From Phycisphaerales bacterium (lineage in GTDB: Bacteria > Planctomycetota > Phycisphaerae > WQYP01), in NCBI GenBank assembly GCA_027451365.1, contig DAIDJN010000039.1, positions 1-61,856 of the forward strand: a stretch of 61,856 nucleotides of DNA, read 5' to 3'. Shown here piece by piece: positions 61,311-61,856 of this stretch. The notes below the pieces were generated by a model that searched no databases, was not told the DNA's origin, and saw nothing but the letters and a program-made list of their open reading frames with translations. Position 1 is the first letter of the stretch. Each line of letters opens with the position of its first letter. The position numbers and the translations under genes are program-made.

Positions 61311-61682
61311 GGGCCCAAGCAACTTCCCCGACGTTCCGACGAGTTCCTCTTTGAGATCATTTTGCTACGCCATGAGGTGCGTTCAACGATGATGACCTCC
61401 AATCGGCCTTTGGAGGACTGGCGGAAGCTTCTGGTGGATTTGCCATCCGCCACGGCCATTCTCGACCGGTTACTGCATCATGCCCAGATACTCTCGATTA
61501 CCGGGCGAAGCTACCGACTAAAGGACCGTGCGGTCCCTGGTGAACGGGCCGGAAGCAAGGCACGAATCGGCAAGGATGCCATTCAGGAGGAAATAATGCC
61601 AGAAGAATCCACTTGCCAGGAACCTGGCAAGTGACTACAAAAGGACGTTAATGACAGGCCGGTTTTAACCCGCCCGGTAACG
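61311..61682 (+). mobile_element. istB: IS21-family remnant: C-terminal istB fragment plus right end
   Basis: KQLPRRSDEFLFEII..RHEVRSTMMTSNRPLEDW...ATAILDRLLHHA..ITGRSYR (stop 61634). IS21-like end GGCCGGTTTTAACCCGCCCGGTAAC at about 61657-61681. Confidence 0.85.
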
Positions 61683-61856
61683 GACTGGCAAAAAGCTTTG
61701 GGTGCGTTTTCGCCTGCCCGGCATTGCTTTCGGGCTATGCGGGGAAGGTTGCCAAGCAGCGAGTGTTTGTCCAAGGCCCAATCGGAGCGAACCTGTTTGT
61801 GGCAGTCACAGACCAGATTGCAGAGCCGCTTTGAGAGGAAGTGTTATGGCAGATAA

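Noticed and set aside
61683..61856. Possible gene fragment beyond the IS21 end
   Set aside because: No recognisable frame in the available sequence.

Overview
Bacterial chromosomal window, most likely from a planctomycete (Phycisphaerae-like). This is inferred from the prepilin/H-X9-DG (DUF1559-type) genes, PEP-CTERM proteins, XylR-type regulators and an RbfA paralogue. All calls come from reading motifs by eye; no searches were run. Order of contents: (1) tail of a LacI-type regulator, a three-oxidoreductase operon, rarA, a lone UDG-like ORF, a UDP-glucuronate decarboxylase and a DUF4139 protein; (2) a coupled rbfA-paralogue/rtcB pair behind a sigma70 promoter, a 10-codon leader ORF and a structured 5' leader, which is the best candidate for an undescribed system (30S/16S-directed RNA repair); (3) a metallo-hydrolase, cobA-hemD and a sufBCDSU operon ending in a Cys-less A-type-carrier/SufT fusion; (4) a ~15 kb carbohydrate island with two XylR regulators, ROK, a PMI-like cupin, a Tat-exported six-hairpin glycosidase and two parallel [pilin-like -> PEP-CTERM] cassettes; (5) housekeeping genes (LOG, SPFH, HD-ybeY-CBS, DUF1015, GT2, lpxA, thiE, hppA); (6) a decayed right end with orphan RHS toxin/immunity cassettes, REP-like repeats, and a probable group II intron 5' fragment joined to an IS21 istB remnant. 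No tRNA, rRNA or CRISPR array was seen.
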